Source: Malacoraja senta
Lineage: Eukaryota
Direction: 5' to 3'
Assembly (NCBI GenBank): GCA_038087875.1
Contig: CM075990.1
Span: 10,604,001 to 10,668,000, forward strand
Length of the DNA stretch: 64,000 bases
Part shown: in pieces, positions 11,830 to 25,870 of the stretch
Numbering within the stretch: the first letter of the stretch is position 1
Layout: every line of letters starts with the position of its first letter
Position numbers and translations under genes: made by a program
The notes under the pieces: generated by a model
The model's database searches: none
What the model saw: only the letters and a program-made list of their open reading frames with translations
What the model was told of the DNA's origin: nothing

Positions 11830-12819
11830 CATAAGACATCACAGTCATTCTCGTTGCAGACCTTTCCAATCAGATTAAATCCCCTCGGCATTGATGGACA
11901 TCACTGTCATCGTCCGTCCTGAAAAGGACGCAGGCTTCTGGCGACAATCAATGGGAGCCATCACTTGTTAAGACTTGGTAGGCTGGTGGTTGTAGCTTTG
12001 CAGGAGTTGGTACAATAGATACAGTAGATGATGATGGTAGCAGAATTAGCTCAGGAATCAATTCCAGTTTCAGGCCCCGCGACGTGGACACTTCTGCTAT
12101 GGTGTGTATCCACATTGCGATCGACTGCTCTTGTGCTGTGCTACTCTGTTGCAGAGTATGGTTGTCCTGTTTGGGAGAGATCATCTCATGCAAAGAATGT
12201 TGATGCCGCCCTCATAGATAGCTGCAGAAGCATCACTGGCTGCCTAAAACCAACGGATGTGGATAGCTTGCATGTCTTGGCCGGTATTGCTCCACTAGGA
12301 ATCTGCAGATTAGTTGCCGGTAGAACTGAACGTAGTAGGCAAGTTGGGGACACCCCCCATTCCTGTCACTCCCATCACCCAGCCCCAATTCGGCTGAAGT
12401 CGAGGAAGAGCTTCCTTCACACAGTCCAGCCACTGTCACAGTCTCCTCAAGCAACCAGACTAGCCTTGTGGGAAATGAAATGCAGTGAAAACCACCACTA
12501 CATAAAGATGCCAATCCCAACCAAGGAACAGCTACCACCTGGTCACAGGTGTGACTGGAAGACCTGGAAGTCCCTCAATAGGCTTCATACAGGGATGGGC
12601 TGATGCAAGATCAACATGAGCAAATGAGGCAATGCAGATGGGGCAGACACAGAATGTGAACGTGGAACATCTGTACAATCCATGCCACACCTACTAAGAT
12701 GCCCACTTCTTGGTGAACAATGCTGCCTGGAAGATCTAGCGGTGGCAAACAAGAAGGCTGTCCACTGTGCAAGAGCCTGGCTGAACATTTGAAACATAGT
12801 TGATGGACACGAAAGAAGA
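11830..12819 (+). mobile_element. RTEX-like LINE insertion with inverted 5' segment
   Basis: 12104-12819(+) encodes an RTEX-like C-terminus (LRSTALVLCYSVAEYGCPVWERSSHAKNVD) and has a GAA tail; 11830-12103(-) is 5' UTR plus APE start (TVMSINAEG..ENDCDVL); TSD AGTGYGTCATGKTGA at 11815-11829 and 12820-12834 (13/15). Confidence 0.7.
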
Positions 12820-12852
12820 AGTGCGTCATGTTGATTCCAAGTTCTATTTTTC

Positions 12853-12988
12853 AAAGACGTACAGGTTTGGTAAATGTAAAAATTGTCGCTAGTGGATGTA
12901 GGATGGTGTTAATGTGCGGGGATCGCTGGTCGGCACGGACCCGGTGGGCCGAAGGGCCTGTTTCCATGCTGTATCTCTAAACTAAAAA
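12853..12988 (+). mobile_element. tRNA-derived SINE, 3' part
   Basis: Ends GGGCCGAAGGGCCTGTTTCCATGCTGTATCTCTAAACTAAA, matching the tail of 51679-52001. Confidence 0.7.
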
Positions 12989-14144
12989 AATGTATCCATA
13001 TGCGCATTCGTTCATCTTAATATTTTGGTTAACACCTCTCTGTTTCAACAATGCTATTTCATTTGTTGAAAATAATCTGATCAGTATTTCAAAATCTTCC
13101 TGAAGTGCAACTTCATAGCATAACTTGCAATGTCATATTTATTTCCTAGTATTTTGCTTCCACATAGTGTTCCATTTAGAATGTTGCACTGAGAAAGAGA
13201 TTCATCTAAATGAGAAAGAGCGATTGAGTGACAGGCAGTGCTGGGACTCAAAATTAAAGTCAACTGCTGAAGTATTTGGATCATTCACCAATTGCTATTT
13301 TAATTTTTGAAAAACACATCCATCATTGTTATATTACATTATGATCCCTTCATGATATTCAATGGTTTTATTTTCTGCTAATTTTTGAAATAATTCTCAA
13401 CACGTGTTTACACAATGCCCACAAATTATTCACATTGCCCAAATTATCTACATTGCCCTACATTTCTTGTTTCTGAATGAAAGCAAAAATCATATTATGC
13501 ATTAGAAATATTTATCTATTAATATCTTAAATATCATGAATATCTTACTTTTTGAATGTACTTTTGTCTCAGATGTTTGCTTGGAATTTTAGAAATCAGG
13601 TTATTATTTTTCCTTATTCATAGAATACAGGTAATTTATGGAAATGAATGGTAACAAAATCATTTAATAACCAACCCAAGAATGATAACTGAAAAATGAT
13701 GTGCATGATTTAATTACCCAAATAACGGCAGATATTTGGAATTATCTATATGTTCTTATAAACAAAACAAAAAGGATATTAATTTCCTTTTGTAGAAAAT
13801 AGATGGACTCTTTCAAGTCTATCTACTTGAATTGGGGCAATACTGAAAACAGTGCATGGATCTGAAGCAATGTTTTATCCAAAGAAAGATTGCAAAAATC
13901 TATAATTACACGCTGTGTGATGTTTTAACATAACTAGCAATCTAGAAAACATGGTTCCATTATTTTTGGTATGTGTTTAATGCTAATGTTTATTTGTGTC
14001 TCCTGCAAAAAAAATTATAAAAGTGACTAAAAAGATGTTTGAAACAATTTGGTCTAGGCTGCACCCGCAAACATATACAAAACCAAGATGTGTGAGGTTC
14101 CTGACAGGACTAGACTCAAATGTTTTCAGTGTTGTTACAGCTAA

Positions 14145-14474
14145 TAGCCCTGGCCCACGATACGAGTTCATTCCAAGAGCTCTCCCGAGTTTTAAAAAAA
14201 TCAAACTCGTGGTAAGCACGGAGAATGAACATAGCGGGTACGACGGAGCTCGGGGACGTCTCTTAGCGGCTCGTGATGCTAACGGCAGGTACTCGGGAAG
14301 ACTCGCTAACAGCAGGTAAGCACGGGAAGACTCGTGAAGATTTTTCAACATGTTGAAAAATGTCCATGAGAGCCCCGAGTACCAATGAGTGGCCATTACC
14401 GTAAATCTCCGAGTTCAAATCAGGGCAAACTCGGGAGAGCTCTTGGAATGAACTCGTACCATGGGACAGGGCTT
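14145..14474. mobile_element. PIF/Harbinger-type MITE
   Basis: ~48-bp TIRs (TAGCCCTGGCCCACGATACGAGTTCATTCCAAGAGCTCTCCCGAGTTT and its near reverse complement); TAA TSD at 14142-14144 and 14475-14477. Confidence 0.9.
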
Positions 14475-15837
14475 TAAATCTGCCAAATGAAAATGTGAAA
14501 AGGACAGCAACCCTTAAAGATATATAGTATCCCCCCACCCCCACCCTCTACTACCCCACCTCCCCTCCCCTCCCCACCTCACCCCCACCAAGGCAGCAAT
14601 AGAACAGCAATACACAACTACAGCAGCCAAGAAGGAAGGAGAAAAAATTACTGAGAGTGGATTTCAAGACGAGTTTGGTGAAATCAATGTGATGCCAGAA
14701 GATGGGCAATGGGAGAGGGATATGGTGACAGATGGTGCAGCCGCCTGCCAGACAGGATTATGATTTGAAGAACCCGGTTGGAGAGGTCATCTCCAAAAGT
14801 AAGCATCCGTAAACAACAGAAACAAATTGTAAAAATTTTCTCATCAAATAAATTAAGATGAATTGTTCACCATTGAAAAGAATATTCTCTCAAGTACTGA
14901 TATAAGCAACTGCCAGTGCAAGTACGCACACATGCATAAATTTCTTAATCACGCAAGCTGTTATTCCATTCATCCTCCCACATACACCACCTCTTCTCCA
15001 CCACCCTTCATCTCATGCATTACTGGGATATTAATATTCCAGCCCTTTCAACATATTCAAAGCATCAAGTCTGCAAATGAGGAATAATACAAAGATCATG
15101 CAATGAAATTGATTAGCTCCTTGATTTACTGTAACTCAGGCATTAAGGGTGCATGGAAACTATTCATAGCTCAGTGCTTCGGTGAGGCCATCAAACAGCG
15201 CCATTGTGTTATATCATTGTTTAAGATGGGCTGCAAAGTGCTCCTTGCGACCGAGCTCAATCTTGATGAAATTACCTAAAATTAGAAAATCTTTGTTTTT
15301 GCTCCTTCTGTGCCATCAGAGAGTTGACACATGAACCAATAGGCAGTGTGCAAGAGGATGAATTATTGCTGAACGAAACAATGTGTAGTTGACAGTTGGA
15401 GCTGGTGATTCATCTGCTGTGCCCCAATGTGCATCTTGATCAATTGGTTCAAGATTCTAAAAGGCCTCTCATTTGAGTCTCATAAAGGCTGTTTGATTAT
15501 GAACTTTATTAGTTGAAATGATAGCCTAGAAAAGCCATTGAGGCTGATCAATGTCATGTTCTGTACATTGCCTCAATGGCGGTGACAACATTAATGTCTA
15601 ACCACCATTGATGTTAAGCTCCAAAACCAAAATACTACAATCTTTTTTATTCATTAGTGGGATGTGGGCTTCGCAGGCTGAATGAAGCAACATTTAACAG
15701 CAATTTATCTAAATGCAGCAGGTCCACAAGCTTAATGCCCCAGTATGAGTTTTCAAGATAAAGGCAAAACACATCAGAGAGGATTGAGCTGCAGCATCCA
15801 TTGAGGTATCCATTGAGGTTATTGGGTGACCTTAGAA

Positions 15838-17183
15838 TCTATACATAACTAAAACTCTGATCTTATGCTCTTCCAGTTTGCGCATTATCCATTTGCGCAA
15901 AAACAGTACGCGATAGCACTACTTTTTCGTCAGCTCACTCACCGTTCTCCTGTGCTGCGAGTGCAACAAGTTTCGTTCCAATCGGTAGTATATTGTAAAA
16001 GTTATCGAGGTTTAAAAATCGTAAAAACCACGCATGCGCAGATCGATCTCCTTTCCTGCCAGTCAGCGCTGCGTGGATTGGTCTCTTCTCCTGTCACTCC
16101 CTGGGACGGTCCGCCCCTTCCTGCGCCATCACGTCTTAACTGCAGCTGAAGATGGCCTCCAGAGGTCTCCAACCGGACACAATTTTCGGAGGGACCGGAA
16201 GCGGCCTGGCCAGGCAGGGCAAGGCTCGGCACGCGCGGAGTTGGAGATGTCGCCTAACGGAAAGCGTAGAGTCTGATCCCGGCGGAGGAGAGCATCCAGT
16301 GCCCGCTGTGAGTCCCAAACGCACCACCATCGCAACGCCCCACAGCTCCAGCCCCTTCCCATCTGGTCCCCCTCGCTGGCTCATGCCCCCCTCCTCCGTG
16401 ATAACACCCTCTCCCCCATGGCTCTTCCCCTGGCTTTTCTCCGAGCTCCTTCCCCCAACCCCCGCCCACAGGCTGGCGCAGGTGCTTCTGGGCCGAGTCG
16501 AGGATCTGGGGCCTGGCTCTAAGGGCGCCGACGGCTGATGCTGCTCCGGGGCACGCAAGAAGGGAGAGGAGCGGCAACCTTGAGATCCTGGGGAGGGGAG
16601 GAGGGTGTGTGGGGGAAGAGAGGGGATACAGGGAGAGGGGTGTAGGAAAGGGAGAGATGGAGGGAGGGAGTGACTGAGGGTAGGGAGAAGGAGAGGGAGA
16701 GAGAGATGAGGGAGGGATTGGGGGAGGGTAAGAGGAGAGGGAAAAGAAGAGGGAGGAGGTGAGGAGGGACAGTCGGGGAGGAGGGGGAATAGAGGGAGAG
16801 GAGGGGGGAGTCGAGGAGGGGGAAGTGGGGGAGGCAGGGAGTGGGGAATAGAGAGAGAGGAGGGAAGTGGGGGTGGTGAGGAGGGAAGTAGGGTAGGGAG
16901 AGGAGTTATGGAGGGAGGGATGGGGTGACTGAGGGTAGGGAAAGGAAGAGGTGAGGGGGGGATTGGGGGAGGGTAGGAGGAGAAATGTGAAGGAGGGATT
17001 GGGGGAGGGGAGGAGGAGAGGGGAAAGAAGAGGGAGGGTGAAGTGGAGGGGGAGAGAGTGCTAGGGATGAGGGGAAATGAGCTGTGCCTGTGCAGTTGGG
17101 GGCTATGGGTGAGTGGTGTAATATTGCGTTGGAGGACCAAGCCTCCTGTGTGACAGGAACCCAATGGGTCCTACTTCGTCGAG
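15838..17183 (+). mobile_element. Complete non-autonomous Helitron with CpG-rich core
   Basis: A|TCTATACATAACTAAAACTC start; end AGGAACCC-AAT-GGGTCCT hairpin then CGAG|T (decayed CTAG); GA-rich tract at 16580-17080. Confidence 0.8.
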
Positions 17184-17596
17184 TACTAAACTATACGGCA
17201 ACATTTTTCTTGTGGCTCTTCAATATTCTCTGATGTTTTGGAAGTTCCCTGGAAAATGGATCAAATCCTCAAAAATTGTTGGTGCACAAAAACTTTCTTT
17301 ATTTGGTCGTTTTTGGCAAAGCTCATGATTTAAGCTGCCCTTTGCCTCCAACCCAATAAGCTGTTCACTAGACCAATCATATTACCTCAATCTGTTGCTA
17401 TTCACATACTCAAATACTTTACCTGTAGAGGATAGTTGCCTTGGAAGAAGTTCCAATCTTGGACAGTGAACCACAAATCTAACAACCACCTCTGTTTCTT
17501 GAGGTGCTGAACTCAATGCTCAGGTAAGATTTGTTGAAATCAAGATGCATTTTCAGAAGAACAAAGAAAAGTCTGACTGGCATATTCAAAGAGCCT

Positions 17597-19450
17597 AATA
17601 GACAATGGACAAGAGGTGCAGGAGTAGGCCATTCGGCCATTCGAGCCAGCATCTCCATTCAATGTGATCATGGCTGATCAATCCACAATCAGTACCCCGT
17701 TCCTGCCTTCTCCCCATATCCCCCGACTCCACTTTTTTAAAGATCTCTATCTAACTCTCTCTTGAAAGCATCCAGAGAACCGGCCTCGACCGCCTTCTGA
17801 GGCAGAGAATTCCAGACTCACAACTCTCTGTGTGAAAAAGTTTTTCCTCATCTCCGTCCTAAATGGCTGACCCCTTATTCTTAAACTGTGGCCCCTGGTT
17901 CTGGATTGCCCCAACATCGCAAACATCCTGCCTCTAGCATGTCCGAACACTGAATAATCTTATATGTTTCAATAAGATTCCCTCTCATCCTTCTAAATTC
18001 CAGAGTATACAAGCCGAGCCACTCCATTCTATCAACATATGACAGTGCCGCCATCCCAGGAATTAACCTGGTGAACCTATGCTGTACCCCCTCAATAGCA
18101 AATGTCCATCCTCAAATTTGGAGACCAAAACTGCACACAATACTCCAGGTGTGATCTCACTAGGGCCCTGTACAACTGCTGAATGACCTCTTTGCGCCTA
18201 TACTCAACTCCTCTTGTTATGAAGGCCAACATGCCATTCGCTTTCTTCACTGCCTGCTGTACCTGCATGCTTACTTTCAGTGACTGATGAACAAGGACCC
18301 CCCAGATCCCGTTGTACTTCCCCTTTTCCCAACTTGACACATTTAGATAATAATCTGCCTTCCTGTTTTTGTCACCAAAGTGGATAACCTCACATTTATC
18401 CACATGAAACTGCATCTGCCATGCATCTGACCACTCACCCAATCTGTCCAAGTCACCCTGCATCCTCAGCATCCTCTTCACAGTTCACACTGCCACCCAG
18501 CTTTGTGTCATCTGCAAATTTGCTAATTTTACTTTTAATCCCTTCATCAAGATTAATGTATATTGTAAATAGCTGCGGTCCCAGCACCGAGCCTTGCGGT
18601 ACCCCACTAGTCACTGCTTGCCATTCTGAAAGGGACCTGTTAATCCCTACCCTTTGTTTCCTGTCTGCCAACCACTTCTCTATCCATGTCAGCACCCTAC
18701 CCCCAATGCCATGTGCTCTAATTTTACCCACTAATCCCCTAGGTGGGACCTTATCAAATGCTTTCTGAAAGTCCACGTACACTACATCCACTTGCTCCCC
18801 CTTGTTCATTTTCCTAGTTATTACATTCTCAAAAAATTCCAGAAGATTAGTCAAGCATGATTTCCCCTTTGTAAATCCATGCTGACTCAGACCGATCCTG
18901 CTACTGCTATCCAAATGTGCCGCTATTTCATCTTTTATAATTGACTCTAGCATCTTCCCCACCACCGATGTCAGGCTAACTGGTCTATAATTCCCTGTTT
19001 TCTCTCTTTCTTAAAAAGTGGAATAACATTAGCCACAGGAACTGATCCTGAATCTATAGAACATTGGAAAATGATCACCAATGCATCCACGATTTCCAGA
19101 GCTACCTCCTTAAGTACCATGGGATGCAGACCATTAGGCCCTGGGGATTAATCAGTCTTCAGTCCCATCAGTCCACCCAACACCATTTCCTAGCTAATGT
19201 GCATTTCCTTCAGTTCCTCCGTCACCCTAGATCCTCTGGCCACTAGTACATCAGGGAGATTGTTTGTGTCTTCCTTAGTGACGACGGATCCATAGTACCC
19301 GTTCAACTCGATTGCCATTTCCTTGTTCCCCATATAAATTCACCTTTTTCAATCTTCTATGGTCCAACTTTGGTCTTAACTATTTTTTTCCTCTTCACAT
19401 ACCTAAAGAAGCTTTTACAATCCTCATTTATATTCTTGGATAGCTTACCT
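17597..19450 (-). mobile_element. 5'-truncated CR1 LINE (RT pseudogene)
   Basis: [68 protein letters not shown]; frameshifted. Confidence 0.95.
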
Positions 19451-22312
19451 TTATCTACTTTAAGTGGGTGCCTTTGTGCTCCCGAAACCTAACCATTCAT
19501 ACAAATCTTTAATCAAAAATACATGCATGGCTAAGATTATAGAACCAAATTGCAAACCATCTGATGATATGCCTAAAATCGATCAAGATTTTGAAAATTA
19601 AGTCAAATATATCTTTTATGTATGGAATTTTACTTTCAGATGTAAACTATGCACATTAATACTTAAAATAAAATTTAGCATCGATTGCCTTGAATTTGGT
19701 CAACTAAAATGGAGATACCTGTATCATACAAACATACTGTAGAGATTAGTCTTCAATGTTAATTACCCAGTTCAACAATCCAATATTTGTCATATTTTTC
19801 TTTAGATTTTATTTATTCACTTCAAGAAAACCAACATAGTTTATCAGCGGACAGTGTGAGATTACTGAAGTACATTCTGTGAACGGCTTATTTGGAATTT
19901 AGTACAATGAAACACCGGGATTACTGATGAACATCTTAAATAAATCGCACTGAAAGAAAACACACATACTGAAAATAAATGCTAGAAGGTATTGGTTTTA
20001 ATATACATTAAACAATGCTTCAAAATTATCAACATACACTTTTGGAAATACAATACTGTATCTGTTATGATTTAGAACAAAATGCAGTTTAAAGATAATT
20101 TTGCTTCGTAATCCTATACATCTAATAATCCAACGCGTGTGTATGTTGGAAATCCTTTTAACAAATATTGTATTGTTGAATAATTCATGATTCATTAATG
20201 TTACCTTTTTGTAAATACCTGAGATTTCACTGATGCACTGATTGAGATTAAGCTAGATTGTTAAAATAATGTAATAACTTTGTACTGGAAACAGGGCACT
20301 GCTAGCTAACCTTACAGTAACTATCGTTAATATATTGTAAGTAGTTTTACATACCAATAAATATTGAAAATATAATAGATTCCTTCTGCGTTATCTTCAG
20401 GAATAACCTGATCTATAAAGAGTTAATGATATATTTTTAATAGTTAGTCAAACCAGAGCAAAATACTGATGCTGTATCATTTGATAGGAAGAGGAAATGC
20501 TACAAATTTCCTGGGGCTAGTATCTGAGCCAAGTTTAAATGCCAACGCTAAAAATAACAACTAGAATTAATGTGATAGCGGCTCCAGTTTATTTTTACCG
20601 TGGAAACTGCGTGAATGAAACCTGATAGGCTTCAGGAAACTTCGCTTCTCTTTAATGCCTTATTTTGTTCAGGATCACATAAATTTAGTTGGATTATCAT
20701 ATGCACCACATGGAAGTATTGATTCACTGTCACATCTATTTTAGCTCAGCAGTAATGCCAAAATATTGAGACTCCTGTTGATAATCCTATTTAGTCCATT
20801 TCATAACAACGTTGCTGTTGAGTATTGCCAACCAGTATTAGGTCTTTGAAAATGTATTTTAATTCATCCTCGTGATTGATCTGTGGGTGGCAAAGCTAGC
20901 ATTAACATGAGAAGATATTAACAATCCTTTATTTTGATCGCTGCAGTCCACCTGATGAAGGTGGGGAATAACATAATTAACTGATGATATAGAGACAATT
21001 TTACCTGTTCAAGTTGAAATGGTCATGAACTGGAAGAACTTAGATGTAGTGATGCTCCTATGCAGTTCAAACATGTTCTTCTAGATGATCCTATTGCAGA
21101 TAATAGTAATTTAGGAAATGGACATGAAAAATGGGGGATGAAGTTCTGACCAAGCAGACTGCTTTGTCCTGAATAACACCAAGTTTTTGTATATTATCAT
21201 ATCTACACCTAACGAGGCCGGTTAGAGTATGTCATTGCATTCTTAACTTGATCTTTGCCAATAGTGGTGGTCAGTGACAGTCAAGAAGTGAGTTACTTGC
21301 CAATTCTCAAGACCACATGAGGTAGAGAATGGCAGCGGTTGCAAATGCTCATTATTTTATACTTGTTCTTTGATGTTGTTCAGATATTGACATATGTGGG
21401 CATGGAATACTAGATACATGAGGTGATACTGGATCAGATATTTTAAAAGATATAATGAGGAAATGTAAAAATTAGGTTCATAACGCAAGTGATGATAAAT
21501 CTACATTCTCCAAATAAGTATGTCTTATCAGAAATGGAATGGTGCACAGGGAGGACCTACGTAACCTATATTACAGTAACCCCTTGTGTCTTTCTGACAG
21601 CAGTAGCAGTTATTATAATTCTTATGAGTTCAGGCACCAGAAGCAACAAGTATTCCTTATTTTTTGTTGTATGGAGATCATAAAATAGCTGAAACCTAAA
21701 GGAGACAAGTACTATTGTCTATAAAGCTGTATCATTATTTTGAAATATGTCAGTAAGCTGCTCCATAATCCACTTGTGATTCTGAAAGAGGAAGTGAAAT
21801 ACTGCATGGCGGCTTTCTTGGTAATGGAGCACATTGGGCATCTCAGGCAATCTGCCCAACAAGAATACCATGATGTGCCAAACATTAACAGCATTAGCAA
21901 CATACCATAACGAATGAAAAAAATAACCTACGCAGGAAAAGTTTCTTGGGTGTTCACATACTAACACTGAGTGAGGATAAAATCTTGCAACTTCTATTGG
22001 AGAAAATAAAATTGAGTTTTTGACTGCTCTAACTTTGTGCAAATTGTTTCCCTGCTTTTTCTTTCTTATTCACTCACTTGGGGCAAACAGTAGACTTTAG
22101 TATGTCACTCTTCTCATTTGTAGTTACATGTTAAGATGTCTAATAAAAACATTTAAAAATCTATCTCCTCTTTTTTCTCTAATTGTGACAGAAAAAAAAA
22201 TCAAGATTGTGATGCCCAACCTGTCAGTATTATTTCCCAAGCAATATTCACTTTTCTCAACCTACTAAATACCTCTTAAAGTCAATATCACAATATCACG
22301 ATATCTGTTATT

Positions 22313-22445
22313 GTATAGGAAGGAACTACAGATGCTGGTGTACACTGAAGATAGACACAGAATGCTGGAGTAACTCAGTGCGTCAGGCAGCATCTCTGGA
22401 GAAAATTAATAGGTGACGTTTCTGGTTGAAACACTTCTTCAGACA
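22313..22445 (-). mobile_element. Short hammerhead-headed repeat
   Basis: Minus strand CTGAAGAAGTGTTTCAACCAGAAACGTC at the 5' end; TSD ATCTGTTATT at 22303-22312 and 22446-22455. Confidence 0.65.
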
Positions 22446-22715
22446 ATCTGTTATTCCTCTGTTTAGGTTTCCTTTCCTGATCTTGCTGCTCCATTCATTA
22501 CAACCCCGACCATCTCTTTTGGAATTCAGTCATTCAGTTAAGATGCACAGCTATGTTATTCTGCAGCTAGTGGTCAGTGGGAGAGAAAATTTTATTGTAT
22601 TACATCTAGTTTACAGTAAAATGCTATATTACTAATATGAGTGGTTTCATCAGTGAATCTTTGAATAACCACCAGAGTCAGGACTTGTGTGAATTTCATA
22701 GAAATAAGCAATGTT

Positions 22716-22955
22716 TTAGTTTACTTTAGTTTTGTTTAGAGATACAGCATGGAAACAGGCCCTTCAGCCCACTGAGTCCACATTGACCAGTAATCCCCTT
22801 GGAGAGTTAGAGGCAACCGGAATTCTCCGAGAAAACCCATGCAAGTGACGGGGAGAATGTAGAAATTTCGTACATTCAGCATTTGTAGTCAGGATCGAGC
22901 CCGGGTCTCGGATGCTGTAAGGCAGCAACCCTACCGCCGCGCCATCATGCCACCC
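22716..22955 (-). mobile_element. tRNA-derived SINE
   Basis: A/B-box-like head and CTGTATCTCTAAAC tail; internal deletion relative to 51679-52001. Confidence 0.75.
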
Positions 22956-24929
22956 AATGTTCTACCAATAGAGTACTTTGATTTTGAATGACAAGCCACC
23001 AATCAGCTGCAAACCTTCTTGTAAATAACAGACTACAAGTGTGCTGTTCATCCACCAATGCTGTTTGTCCGAGTAGCTCCGATGTCACAGGTATTATGAC
23101 ATTTCCATGGAAAAAGTCAATGTTATTTGATTTTCCAAACTAGCTCTGGTTCCACAGCTTCTAATCACTTTATAGCACAAGTAATAATTAAAGAGGATCA
23201 AAATGGTTTACAATTGTTGGCCTTGAAAGTCTAGAAAGAAACAATTTCCTGAGACAAGTAACAGATGCAAAAGGATGGGCCAGTTGACAGCAGGTAGGCC
23301 AAGACCGTGTGTACAGAGGTGCTGAACTGAAACCAGCAAATGTCTAGCCTCAGCTTCTCTTGTAACAAGTGATCACCACCTATTGGGTAAATGCAAAACT
23401 AGTGAAATAAGAGTTTCAAAACTGTAGAAGTGTCCAAGAGGCCAAAGAAAACACACAAAAAGACCAGGAGAGACTACGTTACTCACCCTGGTCAAGATTC
23501 TTTCTGCTGTGGGTGCAATATCTTTAATATGAGGGAGTTAGTATTGGGTGTCAGGCCTAATTTGGCTCATATGTTGAGGATGTTTCTGCATGAGATCTCC
23601 AAGCCTCTTATCATCCAATTCGTCCTTGAATTGTATGTGAAAAACTGAACATAGTGTTGATTTGTTGCATTATTACTACTGCTTGGGCATAAATGGAACA
23701 TCACTAATCATTATTCCAGTAATAGGCACTGCAGATGAAGACGGGAGTTGCCAAAGTGAATCAAAGACAAAGGGAATAGGTAAATAATAATCATTTCTTT
23801 ATCTTCCCATTGCCGTTCCCAAGTATTCTGTATTGCTTCTGTACTAAATGGTCCTGAAACCGTTGGTGCTTATGACCTGTTTAACCTCTTGGTGCCCCAA
23901 CTGACTGAACTCAATAACTGAATTAACATAGGAGAATTCTGTGCTCTCCCTCTGCTGGTTGTTTTCTGCAATTATATTTTACACCAAAGTTGCAAAAGAG
24001 GAAATTTGGGACCCAGATGTTACCCAATAGTTGACAGGTTTTGTTGTGCCCTCAGCCTGCAATGAATTAAGATGAACAGAATTAAGCTGTTTAATATTAC
24101 TAATTTCCAATGTAAGCACCAACACTGATTGTAACTAAAGAGATAATGATTGTGCTCGCCACAAATAAGATAAACACTTGAGGTAAATACTAACAGAAAC
24201 ATCCTAAAGTCACTTGATAATCAGAAATTTTATTAAAAGACAAAGATAATGTTCTAAGTATTTTTGAATTAGCCTGTGGAACCATTTCCCCCTGTTCACA
24301 TAGTAAATTCAATTGGCCAATAATCATCATGAATTGGCAGTATCAAAACAGAACTTTTGTAATCATAGTCTTGAAGATGCTTCTTACACTTGGGGAATAT
24401 TTTATCAACAACTAAACCATGTTTAGATGTGATCACAGACTAGACACACAAAAAAGGGGTTAAAAACAGTTACACAGCATTTTTAGGCTAGATCATTGAG
24501 AGTATTTAAATAGAAAAATAAATAATTTTTTGGAAGATCTGCGAAATAGGAAAAAGCACAAAAAGAGGTGAATACTGGGATGGATCAACCAAGGCTGAGG
24601 GGTCTACTGTTTTTGTCCTTGGGACCTAACAGTTAACATAAAAGTAACTAAATATTATCTCTTTTGCTTTATTGTAAATACCCATTGTAAAGATTCAGTC
24701 AAGATACTTGTCCCTGCATAAGCATGTGGCAGTAAGCTCTACGACATGTAATTAAATTAGCAACATTGATTCCACTAAGTCTGGATTCATTCACAAATGT
24801 TTTTAGAAATTTTAATGCAGGTCATTGCAGGAATAATGCCCATTTGTCAACTTTTCAGAATACTGATAAATCCACAACATTTTGCTTGAAAATATCTTTG
24901 TGTGACACAGTTGATCATCCAAACTGGAA

Positions 24930-25870
24930 CACTGGAGGTTATAGAGAGACTTGAAAGAAGTATATAAAATTATGAGAGGCATAGATAATAATAATAATAA
25001 TAATAAGTTTATTTATATAGCACATTTTCCCAATTGAATTAAATCAAAAGCCAAAGTGCTTTACAGTTAACTAACCATACAAATAATAAAAAGAGGATAG
25101 AAAAAATGACAACACACTATAAGAGATTTTACACAAACACGAACATCCCCCCCACAGTAGAATCTACACTCTCCACTGTGAGGGAAGGCACTAAAATGTC
25201 CTGTCCTCCTCCTCCTCGTAGTCCACCCGAGGTCGGGGCCAGTCTGAGATAGGGTAGGCAGTCAAAATCTTCTTCCAGGATGGGGTAATTTTAAGGTGAG
25301 AAGAGCAACGTTTAAAGCAGATGTGTGGGAAGAGTTTATAAAAACACAGAGGATAGTGGGTGCCTGGATCATACTGCCAGGGGTGGTAAATGAGGCATAT
25401 ACGTACTCTCTCTTGAAAGCATCCAGAGAATTGGCCTCCACTGCCTTCTGAGGCAGGGAATTCCACAGATTCACAACTCTCTGGGTGAAGCATGATCAAG
25501 AATGAGTCGCACCCTGGCCACTCCCACTTCTCCCCTGTCCCATCGTGCAAAAGGTATATAACTGTGTAACTACCTAAGTGTGTAAATGCAAACTTCCAGA
25601 TTCAGGGATAGTTTCTTCCCAGCTGTTAACAGCAACTGAACCATCCTTCCACAACTAGAGAGCAGTCCTGAACCACTATCCACCTTATTTGGAGATTCTC
25701 AGACTATCTTTGATCGGACTTCACTGGCTTTATCTTGCACTAAACATTATTCCCTTATCATGTATCTGCACACTGTGAATGCATCGATTGTAATCATGTA
25801 TTGATTTTCTGCACGCAACAAAAGCTTTTCGCAAAGTACAAGTGACAATAAACTAAACGAAACTAAAACT
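24930..25870. mobile_element. Cluster of LINE/SINE fragments (CR1 in both orientations, an ATT-tailed short element, a Rex1/L2-like 3' end)
   Basis: NLWNSLPQKAVEANSLDAFKRE at 25474(-); (AAT)n tail at 24987-25005; 3' UTR ending CAATAAACTAAAC. Confidence 0.5.

Noticed and set aside
16136..17164. 342-aa Pro/Ser-rich ORF, and similar ORFs at 716-979, 26993-27436 and 28392-28760
   Set aside because: Translation of low-complexity GA/CT tracts in Helitrons
21712..22042. Overlapping ORFs that could be a host exon
   Set aside because: No recognisable protein and no convincing acceptor/donor pair
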